Shown in pieces: positions 14,957 through 27,765 of a stretch of 64,000 nucleotides of DNA. The notes below the pieces were generated by a model, which saw only the letters and a list, made by a program, of their open reading frames with translations, was not told where the DNA came from and ran no database searches. Origin of the DNA: Eledone cirrhosa (lineage: Eukaryota); NCBI GenBank assembly GCA_964016885.1, contig OZ024742.1, positions 314,774,001 to 314,838,000 of the forward strand, given 5' to 3'. A program made the translations under genes and the position numbers. The first letter of the stretch is position 1; every line of letters begins with the position of its first letter.

Positions 14957-16990
14957 ATGGAAAACAAATCCGAGCGTCTATTTATTATGGATTCTAGGTT
15001 ATTTATTATGGAACTTAGGAAAAAGTATCGTAAAACCAACCATGCAAATTTAGAATGCATAAACCTTGAAGCCTATGAGATTATGTCAAAACTTGGCATT
15101 GAAAAAAAGACCGAACCATTCCTCCCAAGAACTCCGAGGATAAATCTCAAGGATCACAAAAACAATTTTCGCACTGAACTACCTGTTAGATTAATCGCCC
15201 CCTCTAAATCTGATCTGGGGGTTGTTAGTAAAGCCATCTTGGATAGGATTATCCCACAGGTTAGTTCTAATTGCTCTTCTTTAAACCTAAATTTATGGTT
15301 TGGTACTTCTGAAGTGATTGGCTGGTTCAACAAATTGGATAATAAAAACAAACTAAAATTTATTCAATTCGATATTGCCAGCTACTATTCCTCCATTTCG
15401 CCTTCACTTCTCAATAATGCTCTATCTTTCGCACTTAAATATTCTGACATCACCACAGATGAACTTCACATCATCCTCACCGCACGTAAAACCATCCTAG
15501 AGTTCAACAACCAATATTGGACCAGAGCCGATACCTCTAACAACTTCGACATCACAATGGGAGCATCCGATTCATCCCAATTGACTGATTTAATTGGTAT
15601 CTTCATTTTGAACTCTTTGAGTCGGAAAATTCCTCAACTTCGCGGTGGAATCTATCGTGACGATGGACTCTTTACTATCCTAAATTGCAATATAGTTAAA
15701 CTTAATATTATTAAGAACAATATACGTAATCTCTTTAACCAACATAACCTAAAAATTGAATTTGATAATAGTACCAAACTAGCTAATTTCTTGGATGTAT
15801 CTCTTAATCTTGACACTGGCCTATATTACCCTTACCATAAAAACAATGAGAATCTTAATCTTAATGTTAACTTTAAATCTAACCATCCTACTAATATCAA
15901 GAATGCTATAGTTAATAATATTGGAAATAGAATATCTAACATATCTTCTAATAAAAACATCTTTGATGCTAACGCCAATTACTATAATAACGCACTTTCT
16001 AAAGCCGGCTATCCAGATAAAATCAAATATAATAAAGAAACAAATTCTAGGAAAACTTACAGTAGAATATTTAATCATAACCATTCCAATAATTTTAATA
16101 AAAGACCTAGATACAAAAACATAATCTGGTATAATGCTCCTTTCTCCATCTCTATTAATAACAATATTCCTAAATTATTTTTTAGTGCCTTAAATAAATG
16201 CTTCCCTCCCTCACATATCTATAGTAAAATATTTAACAAACACACCATCAAATTTTCGTATTCTACATCCTCCAATATTTCCAACATCATCTCTAAACAC
16301 AACAACAAAATATTAAATACTAAATCTCTTCCTTCCAATATTGAATTTCATAATAACAATAATAGTACTCCTGACGTCATTGTAAACCCTAGGCTAACTT
16401 CTGTAAACCCAAATGCAACGTCAAACACAACTTCGCTAAATGTTCATAATCCAACTCTAAATCAAGAAACTATTATTCCTATTATTCCTATCGCAAACAA
16501 CTTCTCCAATCCAATTCCTTCTATAGATAACACTAGATCACTCATTAATAATCTCTCTAATTGCAACTGCCGCATTAAAAATAAATGTCCTCTCAACAAC
16601 CATTGCCTCGATAAAAACTTAATTTATGAATGTAAAATTATAACTAGCACCAATTCCTTCACCTATTTTGGCTCCACTTCCACCTCTTTTAAAGCTCGTC
16701 TCTATAATCATCATTCATCTTTCAAATACAAACTTAAAAGAACTAACACTGCTCTCTCAGAACTCATATGGTCCTTAAAAGACAAAAACATTAAATATAA
16801 CATCTTTTGGAAAAAGATTTCTTCTGCATCCTCGTACTTGAACAGCTCTCTATCTAAAATCTGTAATCTCTGCCTAAATGAAAAATTTACCATTATCTCT
16901 AACCTAGAATCCATAATAAATAGACGCTCGGATTTGTTTTCCATCTGCCTGCATAAATTCCATAGAACTTTTCACAAAGTATACAGTTAA
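14957..16990 (+). CDS. PLE polyprotein: reverse transcriptase + CxC linker + C-terminal GIY-YIG endonuclease (N-terminally truncated; first ~15 codons derive from the inverted arm)
   Basis: 677 aa uninterrupted ORF. RT motifs FIQFDIASYYSSI, ITMGASDSSQLTDLIG, IYRDDGL, NFLDVSLNL, SNHP. Linker CNCRIKNKCPLNNHC. Endonuclease LIYECKI..YFGSTSTSFKARLYNH, CNLCLNEK. Confidence 0.92.
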   Translation: MENKSERLFIMDSRLFIMELRKKYRKTNHANLECINLEAYEIMSKLGIEKKTEPFLPRTPRINLKDHKNNFRTELPVRLIAPSKSDLGVVSKAILDRIIPQVSSNCSSLNLNLWFGTSEVIGWFNKLDNKNKLKFIQFDIASYYSSISPSLLNNALSFALKYSDITTDELHIILTARKTILEFNNQYWTRADTSNNFDITMGASDSSQLTDLIGIFILNSLSRKIPQLRGGIYRDDGLFTILNCNIVKLNIIKNNIRNLFNQHNLKIEFDNSTKLANFLDVSLNLDTGLYYPYHKNNENLNLNVNFKSNHPTNIKNAIVNNIGNRISNISSNKNIFDANANYYNNALSKAGYPDKIKYNKETNSRKTYSRIFNHNHSNNFNKRPRYKNIIWYNAPFSISINNNIPKLFFSALNKCFPPSHIYSKIFNKHTIKFSYSTSSNISNIISKHNNKILNTKSLPSNIEFHNNNNSTPDVIVNPRLTSVNPNATSNTTSLNVHNPTLNQETIIPIIPIANNFSNPIPSIDNTRSLINNLSNCNCRIKNKCPLNNHCLDKNLIYECKIITSTNSFTYFGSTSTSFKARLYNHHSSFKYKLKRTNTALSELIWSLKDKNIKYNIFWKKISSASSYLNSSLSKICNLCLNEKFTIISNLESIINRRSDLFSICLHKFHRTFHKVYS

Positions 16991-18180
16991 TATTCAATTC
17001 TTTATCAATTTAGAATCTTTTCTCAAAGGCACATATACATACACCTCTTTAAAATATACCCATCTCCCTTACTTTAAAGGGCATTATACACTCTATAATA
17101 CTCGTTTACTCATTACCCTCATCCTATCTTCTCGTAAAACAATAACATTTGTTTTTGACATTTTGAATATTCATCCGCAATCATTATTATTTTTTCCCTC
17201 TATCATAAATCTTTTTAATCTCAATTTCATCCTTAATTTATTATTATATATTTTTTTAATATATACTCATATATTCTTTAAAATATACCCATCTACCTTA
17301 CTTTAAAGGTACACTCTATAATACTCGTTTACTCATCACCCTCATTCTATCTCCTCGTAAAACAATAACATTTGTTTTTGACATTTTGAGTATTCATCCG
17401 CAATCATTATTATTTTTTCTCTCTATCATAAATCTTTTTAATCTCAATTTCATCCTTAATTTATTATTATTTTTTTCTCCCCATCAACAAACTCATTATT
17501 AATACATATGAATTCAATATACAAACTTTAACTTCACATTATTTTTCTCAAATCCTTCTACACATAAACTTTTTCTCTTTGCTAATTTTAAAATTCCTAC
17601 ATTTCTTCTTTTGACGTTAGAATATTCACCCACAATTATTATTTTTTTCTCTCTATCTCCATACATAATTTCCCTTCGTTAATTTTCAAATTCCTTTAAT
17701 TGATACATTATCTTCCAACGGTTCCCAACCTCTCTATATTAAAACATTATATCTTTTTCTCAGTTATAAAAACTATCTCTTTCTCTCTATCACCCATCTC
17801 TCCCTTTCCACCTTCACTCTCATCTCCTCCCCTTTTTTTCATCCTTTCCACCCCCCCTCCCTAAATATAATATATTTTTTCCTCGCACATATCCTCCCTT
17901 CGTTAATTTTCAAAATTTTTAATTTATACAGTATCTTCCAACGGTTTTCAACCCCTCTATATAAAATATATCTCCTCTCAGTTATAAAAACTATCTCTTT
18001 CTCTCTATCACACATCTCTCCCTCTCATCTCCTTCCCTGTTCATCCTTTTCTCTCCCCCCCTCTCTAAATAAAATATTTTTCCCAATATCACACATCAAT
18101 CTAAAACCACTTTTCATATGTTGATTTAAAACTGCACTATCAACAAGTGTTTTTTTTAGCCTTCATATCATGTTCTCCTG

Positions 18181-18247
18181 TTTTATCTGATGAAAACACA
18201 AATATTATTGTTTGATGATGTTTGTTTTTGAAATGCGCATAATAAAA
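18181..18247 (+). ncRNA. Type I hammerhead ribozyme at PLE 3' end
   Basis: UUUUAU CUGAUGA [aaac ACAAAUAUUAUU guuu GAUGAUGUUUGU uuuu] GAAA UGCGCA UA^AUAAAA: stem I, intact core, long stem II, palindromic stem III. Confidence 0.87.
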
Positions 18248-18279
18248 TATATTGAACTCCTTTAACCATCTTTTGATCT

Positions 18280-18323
<44 letters not shown>

Positions 18324-19074
18324 CAAGAAAAAAGATTGACATGGTTCGCTATACAATAAGGGCTTTATTCACATTGATGACAATTGTTTCTTCGATCTGG
18401 CAGTTCGCTATACACCTGATTTTGCGCCAATCGATCTCCAATACTTTGTTTATAACCAGTCTGTTTCATCGGAGCGGATGAAATGAAAAAAATACATAAG
18501 GCATGCTTTTTTTATAAGTGTGGTATTAAACCAGAACAATAATATCAATAATAAAATAAAATAACTAGATAGCATACAATTAAAATAATAACATCAATGT
18601 AAGTAAGAGATTGAGTATAATGGAGAATCTAGCATGTTAAACAGACTGATATGATACAGATGTATGGAATTGACATGTGAAAACTGCTATAGGGTACATT
18701 AGATATAGTGATAGGGTAGCGACTAGATGACAGTAACCATTAAGATGTACTTGGAGACAGAATTTATGAGATATCCACTGTGCTGTAGGTATTCTAGCAA
18801 TAAACCGGAGATTTACTTTTTATTTTTTTTATTATTTGACAGATAAACATTTTCGTTTGATTAATTTAGTGATGATGATAGTTTTTATGTGGTGCTAAAC
18901 AGAGTTGTAGATTCGTTATTTACTAAAGGTAGGGATACTAAAGGTAGGGATTGTTAGTTCGAATCGTGGGGGTTTAGTTTTCACAGCATCAATAACAAAT
19001 CGTGTATACATAACAGAAGGTAGTAAAGTAGTAAAATGTGCCTATGAACTGAAGTAGTAAAATGTACCTATGAA

Positions 19075-20045
19075 CTGAACTCTAAAAAGGCAAACTTTCT
19101 AGACGTAACTCTAAACCTAAGCACGAGACTAATAGAACCCTTCCACAAAAATAATGAGAATCTAACCTACATTAATTATAACTCAAACCACCACCGATCC
19201 ATAATTAAATCCATAGCACGAAGTATATCCCTTAGAACATCCCGCTTATCCTCAAACCTAGACATTTTTAAAGAACATGCTAACTATTATAACGCAGCAT
19301 TGCGTAGGGCTGGACACAAAGAAAAGATGCAGTTTGTAACGGATAAGGACAGCACAAATAAACACATTAACTCCGATACCAACCGCTCATACAAGAATAG
19401 TGGTAACCGGACTAGACATAGAACTAGGCAAGTAGCACCTAGAGTAGGAGGACCGAACCCGAGTATTGTAAACCCCAGAAACTATAGAAGAACTAGAGAG
19501 AGAAAATACCTTTGATTTAATCCAATTTTCAACTCCTCTATAAGAACTAAACTGTCTTCTACGTTCTTTAAACTAATAGATAAGCACTTCCCTATATCGC
19601 ATAAATATCATAAAATCTTAAATAGAAAAACTATAAAACTATCATACTCTACTGATGCAAACATTGAATCGCACATACGCAAGATCAACCACAAGAATTC
19701 CTCTAGGAAAGATATCCCACCCATACGCAACATTGCACCAAACACAAAACACAAACACATTACAGTATCACAACTGCAAACGCACGTGAACACACCGCAG
19801 CAAAACTTCAATAGGCATCAATCACAACCCACACACAATAGCCTACAAAACCGCAATGTGAAAGCTGCACAGAGTAATACTCCAAACTGCAACTGTCACC
19901 TATCGATATGTGCCCACTAACGAATATGTGCCTTAATCCGGGCCTAGTGTACATGTGTACTACAAAATCGGGCAACTCCACTTGTAATTACATTGGATCC
20001 ACCGCGGGTGCTTTTAAAAAAAGATGGTATGTACACAGACATTTC
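19075..20045 (+). pseudogene. Second PLE family ORF fragment (RT motif E/thumb to GIY-YIG) with stop and frameshift
   Basis: ANFLDVTLNL..PFHKNNENL..NSNH..ANYYNAALRRAG and CNC..CPLTNMCLNPGLVYMC..YIGSTAGAFKKRWYVH. Truncated near the SINE at ~20055. Confidence 0.85.
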
Positions 20046-20056
20046 AATGAAGAACC

Positions 20057-20170
20057 GTGCACTGATAAAGTTAACCTCGGCGGGATTCGAACTCAGATCA
20101 TAAAGGACCATAACTATTCTGCAAAGCATGGTGTCCGACTCTCTACCGATACTGCCAATTTACTGCCTTT
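20057..20170 (-). mobile_element. SINE family A, partial
   Basis: aagttaacctcggcgggattcgaactcag...ctctaccgatactgccaa is the reverse complement of the SINE head. Confidence 0.75.
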
Positions 20171-20283
20171 GATGAATATAATGGCAGGACGTTTTTCAAA
20201 TTATTTTCTTATAGCTGTATCAACTATCTTAAATTTATAAACAATATTTTCAACACTTTTAAATATGAGAGAATGGTATTTAA

Positions 20284-22700
20284 CTAATGTAAGGGTATGC
20301 GATGGGCCCCACCCACAGCCCCGGCGGACAGAAAGCATTTCCCCGGAGAACGGTAAGGGAGACAGCGCTGGAAAAGCCACTCCAACTCGCGGGGCTCACA
20401 CCTATGGCTGTCCAGCTCAGGGCCAATGGTGGTGAGTAAGGAGGTAGCCCTGGGGCCGAGGACACCAGAAGTTTCCACTGCCAGGTGAACGACCACAAAC
20501 CTGTCGGAGAGCGACCGGTATTTGAGGAGTTTGGCCCCCTCAGCCCGACGTGCAGCAGAACCTGGGTCAGACGCACACTGCTCCAGGTTGCGGCTGCAGA
20601 AAGTATCGATGCAAGTGGCATCCCAGACGAGGGGTTTGTCACCGCGGAACGGGAAGATGGTCATGCCATCTGGCCTTTTGCCGTCCCCTCGATCCAGCTC
20701 CACCGGCTCGAGCTGGGAAGGGAAGCCTGCAGTGTCCAAGCCATGCTTAATGACCTCGTTGAGGGCAGTATGGCGAGGAATGCGGCCGGCACTGTGGCGT
20801 CAGGAAAGTGGGTGGAGGCCGAAAGAGTCCACGGTGGAACCGCAGCGACATTGGTGTGGCTGGCAGATCTGGAGGCCGAGCGTCAGGGAAACACCGATTC
20901 GCACGCTATCTGCGTGCCAGTCGAGAAGGAGGGTAGAGCATGGAGCCAGGCACCACTATGGGATTTGGAGGCCGCACGAAAACAAGCAAGGCGGTGTTGG
21001 TCGAGCTGGCGCGTGAGCCTGTTCGAGGCCAGTCTGTACTGGATGGCATCCCAAGTGCGTTGGGGGGTCTTGACGTAATCAGGGGGAGAAGGAAGTGGGA
21101 CGTCTACTGGGCTAAGTCCCAGCCGGTCCCACGTCTCACGTTCTCTGAACACAGAGGGTTCTCTTGTGTTTTGAAGAACCCTGCTGACGAGGACGCGGCA
21201 CGAGGTTACCGACGAAAGATACGCCGGCAAAGCTGAGATCGGGGACCGGTGGCCTAGGCCGCCATACCTGACCGGTAAAGTGGCCTGTTGCCACCCTATC
21301 TCGTCAAACTTGACGTTGCATATCCCCTCGGCTGCTGCTCGGATACAAGTATCGAGGTCAGCGAGGAGAGATGTCTGGGTGTAGCATGGAGCGCTGCGGA
21401 GTGTATAGAGGAGCTTCGGCATGGCGAAGCAGTTCCTCAGCAGAAAGAGAGCTGGGTGGCCGTCAATCAAGCCCAGTCGGCTCGTGAGAGTCTGGAGCTG
21501 TTGAAGCCTGGACCTGATGGTGGAGCGGATGGCCGGGCGGGTGGATCAGTGATCCGAGGATGGACCGCACGTCCAAGACGGAGGTTGTAAAGCTCACAGC
21601 ATCGAGGCTGACGTTCACCACCTCTGACTTGGCCGAGTTGACCTGGAGGCCGATTCCCGCCAGAGCAGGAATCACCGATTGAAGGTCTTGGCATACCGTC
21701 CGTACGGGCCCGCCCAACGTAGCATCATCCGGATACCAAACGTTGAGAGGGGCCGTGATACTCCGGGCGATGTGGTAAATACCAAAGGCGAACAGGACGG
21801 GTCCCAAAGGGTCGCCCAGTTGGATCCCAATAGCCGAGGGTATGACCGTATCAGCAGCTAGGAGCATGCTCGGGGCTCCATATGACAGGTAGGCCAGCGG
21901 GTAGGCAGAGGGGGGGGGGGGGCTTGGCTGAGGCAGGCCTCGAGCAGATGGTCCCGGCGTAAAGAGTTAAAGGCATTTCTCATGTCAAGCTTGACAATGA
22001 GGTGCCTGGAGTCCCTGGATGCCGGTACCGATGGGCAGCTGCTGAAGAACTGCCTGATTGCATGAGAGGCTCCCTCACAGCCACCGGACACGCCGACACC
22101 CAGTTGCACCGGACTAAACTTCTCACCCAGTTCATGTGTGACGGACTTGCAGATCACCTTGGCAGCCAGCCTCCGGAAGACATTGCCCAGAGCAATGGGG
22201 CGTATGCCACCCTCTTTCTTGCTGAGAGTGGTGAGGCTGGCCGAAAAGAAGAGGCCCCGGACGTAAGGGTCGAGGGCTCCTTGGATGGGCCCGAGACCAT
22301 CAACACCTCCGCAGCTGCTAGCTGGGAAGGACCTGATGGCGGACATGATATCTGCATCAGTAGCCACAAGGAGCAGGTGGGGTCGGGTGGGGGTATGTGT
22401 CTGAGATCAATGTGTGGCTCAGGGTGTTTGAGCCGCAGAGCAGCCAGGATCTCCTCAGTAGGTTGGAGGACAGCGTCCTCTGATGTAACAACTCTGACTG
22501 CGGCCGAGACATCACCCATGATAAGCTTTGCGTTTACCTGGTCACGCAAACGCTTGGCGCTGGCCTCGGGGGTGGAGGATAGGGGGTACCTGAGGGTGTG
22601 GAGTGGGGCGTCCCTGGGCACGCTTGGAATGGGCGCTCGCCCAAATGACGAGACATTGGCCTTGACGAAGGCTGCTGCTGACCGGCCGCCCCGGTCAGCG
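20284..22700 (-). mobile_element. Decayed non-LTR retrotransposon with restriction-like endonuclease (CRE-like clade)
   Basis: GC-rich island. RT pieces KKEGGIRPIALGNVFRRL, KLDMRNAFNS, GIQLGDPLGPVLF, WYPDDATL; a Cys/His knuckle; RLE motif GKRPDG..VWDATC..LAVET. Multiple frameshifts. Confidence 0.85.
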
Positions 22701-24059
22701 CCAGAGCTGAGGAGGCCGATGGCGAGTGGGACGAAATATAAAGATGAATTTGGGTGTGCGTCTGGTAGTGGTGATGGTGGTGGTATGGGGGGAGGGGGTA
22801 ATGAAGTGTAAGATACATGTCTTTTGAAATGGGATGACAGCAAAGAGAAAAATAAAGATATATTTGTGACAAATATTCCAAAACTATGTTGTTAATATTG
22901 GTTTGGGAAGGGAGGTGGAGGGGATCATCCTAGCTCACATCTTTACTTCCCTACATGTAAACATACATACAGATATTCTTTATAAATTTAAGATATTTGA
23001 TTCAGCTGTAAGGAAAGAATTTGAAAAAGATCCTGCCATTAGATTCATCGAAGGTCAATTATTGAAATGAAACCAGCAGGTGGGCACTGTGGCAACACCT
23101 TTCTTAAACAATCCTTAAACACCCAACAAATATAGAAAAGGCTTCTACGGGACTAGAAATCTTTCATTCAGGAGAAATCATCATTATATGTTTAATTCCT
23201 TTAAATCTTCATCAACCTTCCTTCACCCCGTCAGTCATTAACCAGCGCAGGTCGCAGGTCCTCTCTCTGTAGATAAGAACATATTCGTGTTGATTGCTGA
23301 GGTGTTAGTAAACGTTGAAATTTACCCAATCGATGACTACTTGGGCTTTAATCAGGTTGTTCACTTTTCACATTAAGAATAAAAGAGGATTTTACTAAAA
23401 GCACAGGCTCATAAATTTATCTCACATTTATGTGTGTATGTGTACGCAGGTATGTATATGTGTGTTTGTGAATGTATGTGCATGTACGGCTTCCATGTAT
23501 GTGTATGTATGTGTGTAAATGTGTGTGTGCATGTGTGTTTATGTATGCCTGTGCATGTACGGCTCTCATGTATGTGTATGTATGTGTGTAAATGTGTGGG
23601 TGTATATGTGTATGAATGTGTGTGTATGTGTGTGAATGTGTATGTGTGTATGTGTACAGGGGTATATGTTTTAACCGATATAATTATAGCTTTCTTTCAA
23701 TCACAGAGCTTGTGGGCATTTCCACATTCCAACACATAACATGTATAATGTATATTAATTCAGATACTACTATATTTCCGTCAATTTTAAGCATTTCCCG
23801 TTTTTTTCTTTAACACTCAAACCTTTACTATTTGTCTTTAAACTAATCATCAGGTTTATTTTTTCGTGAATAAGGTATAATATACTATCAGCTTATTATG
23901 CTTCATCTTTAGTAACCTTGAGTTTTGTATTGTAGCAGTATATTTTATTGTTCACAAGCATCAGCGTTTGTTGATCATCTATAGTGACCGCATATTAAAA
24001 TCTGAATAAAAATGGCAACAAAACCCCAATAGAATAACAGAATTTCTTAAAATTGTATC

Positions 24060-24470
24060 TCTTACTGTATTATATTTTCTCTGTACCGAGTAATGGAACG
24101 AATAATCCATCCATTTGAGTGTAAGTGCTTCAGACGGCTGCGATACATCTCATATACGTGGCATGAAGCATACAGCTTTGTCAGACACCATGACATCAAA
24201 TATGACATCAGGCAGGAACCACTTCTTGTAATAGTGAAAAGACGAAAGCTCGTCATATAAGAAGATGTGACACGCCACAAATCGTTTTCCCGGGACATTT
24301 TCTAAGACACAAATTGACGGAGGGTGAAAAAGAGGTGAACAAAGATAATCCTGATTCGACAACATCAAGGACTGGACGCTTATGCGTATAACGGAGAACA
24401 GAGATCACTGAAGATGGCTGTTTCCCAGATATTCTAGAGCTACCACACTAACGACTGGTTGCACCTATTA
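24060..24470 (+). mobile_element. RTE-type LINE 3' fragment, degenerate
   Basis: Remnant of the HVTRH...IDG..KRG...DNIKDWT C-terminal motif on the plus strand. Confidence 0.55.
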
Positions 24471-24649
24471 CTGTGACGATAGTAATGATATTGAATGGTA
24501 TATTGAATGTTACTGACAAGAATACGGGTGCTTTGATTGAAGCGACAATAAATAAAATGTAAATGTGAAAAAACAGGATATCTCTGTTGTCAAACTTGTT
24601 TGCTCAGATTAAGTTTTAGAAAGCAAAGTTATTTTAGAATTAAAAATGC

Positions 24650-24807
24650 AATATATAAATAGAATTAAGTGTATGCTCCATATTATTATATACGATGGTT
24701 TTTAGTTGCTTTTGTAATTGAAATATACATAATTTCATTTCAAGCATATAGAAAAAATAATCAGTGCATGTTCTATTTATTATTTGCAAATATTATCTCT
24801 CTCTCTA

Positions 24808-24902
<95 letters not shown>

Positions 24903-25062
24903 GGGGAGGGGGAGATAGATAATATTTGCAAATAATAAATAGAGCATGCAGTGATTATTTTTTCTATATGCTTGAAATGAATTATGTATATTTCAATTAC
25001 AAAAGCAACTAAAAACCATCGTATATAATAATATGGAGCATACACTTAATTCTATTTATATA
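24650..25062. repeat. ~410-bp palindrome centred on (CT)n(TA)n(AG)n
   Basis: 24650-24800 is the reverse complement of 24915-25062, and the microsatellite core is itself symmetric. Confidence 0.85.
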
Positions 25063-25440
25063 TATATAAATGAAAAGTATTGAAATTATTGTAGCAAGAA
25101 GCCACCATGGACATGGTTATACGGTACAGGAAGGGCAACCATAAGAACGCGCATGCGCGGAAACGATCACTTCACACAATCAATTGCGTACGAGAGGTGT
25201 AATGGAGATAACTGCGAAAGTCCGAAAGTATCTAGTTGATAAGAAAATTAGGATGCTGTTGTAACTCAATCCGGAGCTTTGTAGTTATATATATATATAT
25301 ATATATCAACTAGAAATTTCGGACTTTCGCAGTTATCTCCCTTACGCATCTCGCACGCAATTTAGTATTGCTTGTGTGAAGTGATCGTTTCTGCGCATGC
25401 GCGTTCGTACGGTTGCCCTTCCTGTTCCGTATAATCATGT

Positions 25441-25490
25441 CCATTACGAGCTGAGGATCCGCTAAGGTGAAACAATTGTTCTCGGTATGG
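25441..25490 (+). ncRNA. Minimal type I hammerhead ribozyme at end of fold-back element 25105-25510
   Basis: CGAG CUGAGGA u CC gcuaa GG u GAAA CAAUUG UU^CUCG. Stem I extends imperfectly (ccattacgag/ctcggtatgg). Confidence 0.7.
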
Positions 25491-25530
25491 TGAACTAACT
25501 ATTGTGTTACCACTTATGCATATATATATA

Positions 25531-25647
<117 letters not shown>

Positions 25648-25717
25648 TATATATAGTTAAAACTTGGACGGGATAAAAATAGAGAGGCAGTACAAGTAGA
25701 AGTTTATTAGTTTCACG

Positions 25718-25816
<99 letters not shown>

Positions 25817-25875
25817 ACGTACATACATATATGTATACAGACGTACAGTAGTATGTGTATATATACACACATGCA

Positions 25876-25906
<31 letters not shown>

Positions 25907-26621
25907 ATGTACGTATGAGTATACTGAACACGAACATTTATTATGATTTGCATATCGAGTGAGTTAGTCGGCCGGGCGTACCGAAAACGATAAATGGAAA
26001 AGAATGAAATGAAATGAAATTTCTCATTCTTAGTACGGCTGATACGTAAATATAAGTATGTATACCTACATACATATATGTATAGAGTGGTACAGTAGTA
26101 TGTATATATATATACATACATGCACACATATATATGTACGTATGGATTTACCGAACATTTATTATAATGTTCGGTTTGTTTGTAAACTAACAGCACGAAT
26201 TAAGCCGTACAGTGTTCGGCAACCATCGTTGCCCTTTTGTTCAACACTGACAGTGTTGACCAAAAGGGCAACGATGGTTGTACGGCTTAATTCGGGCTGT
26301 TTGTTTACAAACAAACCGAACATTATAATAAATGTTCGGTAAATCCATACGTACATATATATGTGTGCATGTATGTATATATATATATACATACTACTGT
26401 ACGTCTGTATACATATATGTATGTAGGTATACATACTTATATTTAAGTATCAGCCGTACTAAGAATGACAAATTTCATTTCATTTCATTCTTTTCCATTT
26501 ATCGTTTTCGGTACGCCCGGCCGACTAACTCACTCGATATGCAAATTAGGCTGCTCAGCTGTTAATATGCATAAGGAAAGTATATCATTTCAAAGGTTCA
26601 ATCATCTAACAGGAAGGTATA

Positions 26622-26662
26622 CAGTGCTGACGATAGCTAATAAGCTTGAAACTAGTTCATCG
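26622..26662 (+). ncRNA. Minimal type I hammerhead ribozyme (copy 1 of 3)
   Basis: caGUG CUGACGA u AGCU aaua AGCU u GAAA CUAG UU^CAUcg. Confidence 0.75.
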
Positions 26663-26957
26663 TTACTTTGTCAGTGTTGAACAAAAGGGCAACGATGGTT
26701 GCCGAACGGCTTAATTCGGGCTGTTTGTTTACAAATAAATCGAACATTATGTTCGGTAAATCCATACGTACATATATATATGATTGCATGTATGTATATA
26801 TATATACATACTACTGTACGTCTGTATACATATATGTATGTAGGTATACATACTTATATTTAAGTATCAGCCGTACTAAGAATGAGTATTGAAATTTCCT
26901 TTCCTTATTTTCCATTTATCGTTTTCGGTACGCCCGGCCGACTAACTCTCTCGATAT

Positions 26958-27565
26958 GTCAGGTCACCAGTTGCTGCTACTGGTAACATGTATCCCAGTA
27001 CAACCTGACCCATGGTTGGGTCGTTGGCGACTAAACTGGCAACCCCACCAAGGTTTCCTGGTGAGGAGGGTGACTTTGGACATCCTGCAGGACTAAAAAC
27101 AAAACCTGTCAAAGGGCAAAGGAACCCTTAAGAGTCAATGGCCATCCAAAATCACCGGGAGAGATGACCCCTTAGCCTTTGTCAAGGCATAATTCTAGGA
27201 GAAGGAAAACTCTGATATAACACCTGCAACTCTGATGGTATCCAATGATGTTGTCATGTTCTTCTTTTTGGTAAATATCATCTTGGTTAAGAGAGTGGGA
27301 CTGGCTTTGTGCAGTGCCTTTGTTCACTATAAAAGCTTCACGGCACAGGATTTCTTTATATCTGGAGATCTCTCTGCACTTGTCGTCACATAGTACCATG
27401 GACCCAGCACTATGTGTCAATAATTGTAACAAGTGTAGTGTTTGTACCAGAGTTTTCAAGTTGCTGGCTGGACTAAAAAGTCACACTCGATCAGCACATC
27501 GGTCGGGGTTCTCCTACATGGATATAAAGTAGTGGCCGTACTCAAAAACGAGTTGGCAGCCGCCA
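26958..27565 (+). mobile_element. ~600-bp non-autonomous LINE-derived (RTE-like) insertion interrupting the HHR array
   Basis: Higher-GC block. Its 3' part encodes a C2H2-like CSVCTRVFKLLAGLKSHTRSAH typical of LINE C-termini, and its 5' part resembles an RTE 5' UTR. Confidence 0.5.
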
Positions 27566-27765
27566 TGTACGTATACATACTTATATTTAAGTATCAGCCG
27601 TACTAATAGTGAGAAATGAAATTTCATATCATTTTTTTCCATTTATCGTTTTCGGTACACCCGGCCGACTAATTCATTCGATATGCAAATTAGGCTGCTC
27701 AGCCGTTAATATGCATAAGGAAAGTATATAATTTCAAAGGTTTAATCATCTGACAGGAAGGTATA

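Larger units (their letters stand above)
13526..18287 (+). mobile_element. Penelope-like retroelement: 5'-truncated copy with inverted 3' duplicate (1.39 kb inverted arms 13608-15000 / 16901-18287), inserted in (TA)n
   Basis: The arms are near-perfect reverse complements enclosing an RT+GIY-YIG ORF. There is an HHR at each outer end and (TA)n on both flanks. Confidence 0.92.

Noticed and set aside
16711-16944. 77-aa minus ORF sharing its N-terminus with the 677-aa ORF
   Set aside because: A consequence of the inverted arm; not an independent gene.
18375-18445. HHR-like GAAA CAAUUG UC on minus strand (similar partial motifs near 33190, 41130 and 59960)
   Set aside because: The CUGANGA core is missing or multiply mutated.
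20485-22811. Plus-strand ORFs of 197 and 269 aa
   Set aside because: Antisense shadows of the GC-rich LINE on the minus strand.
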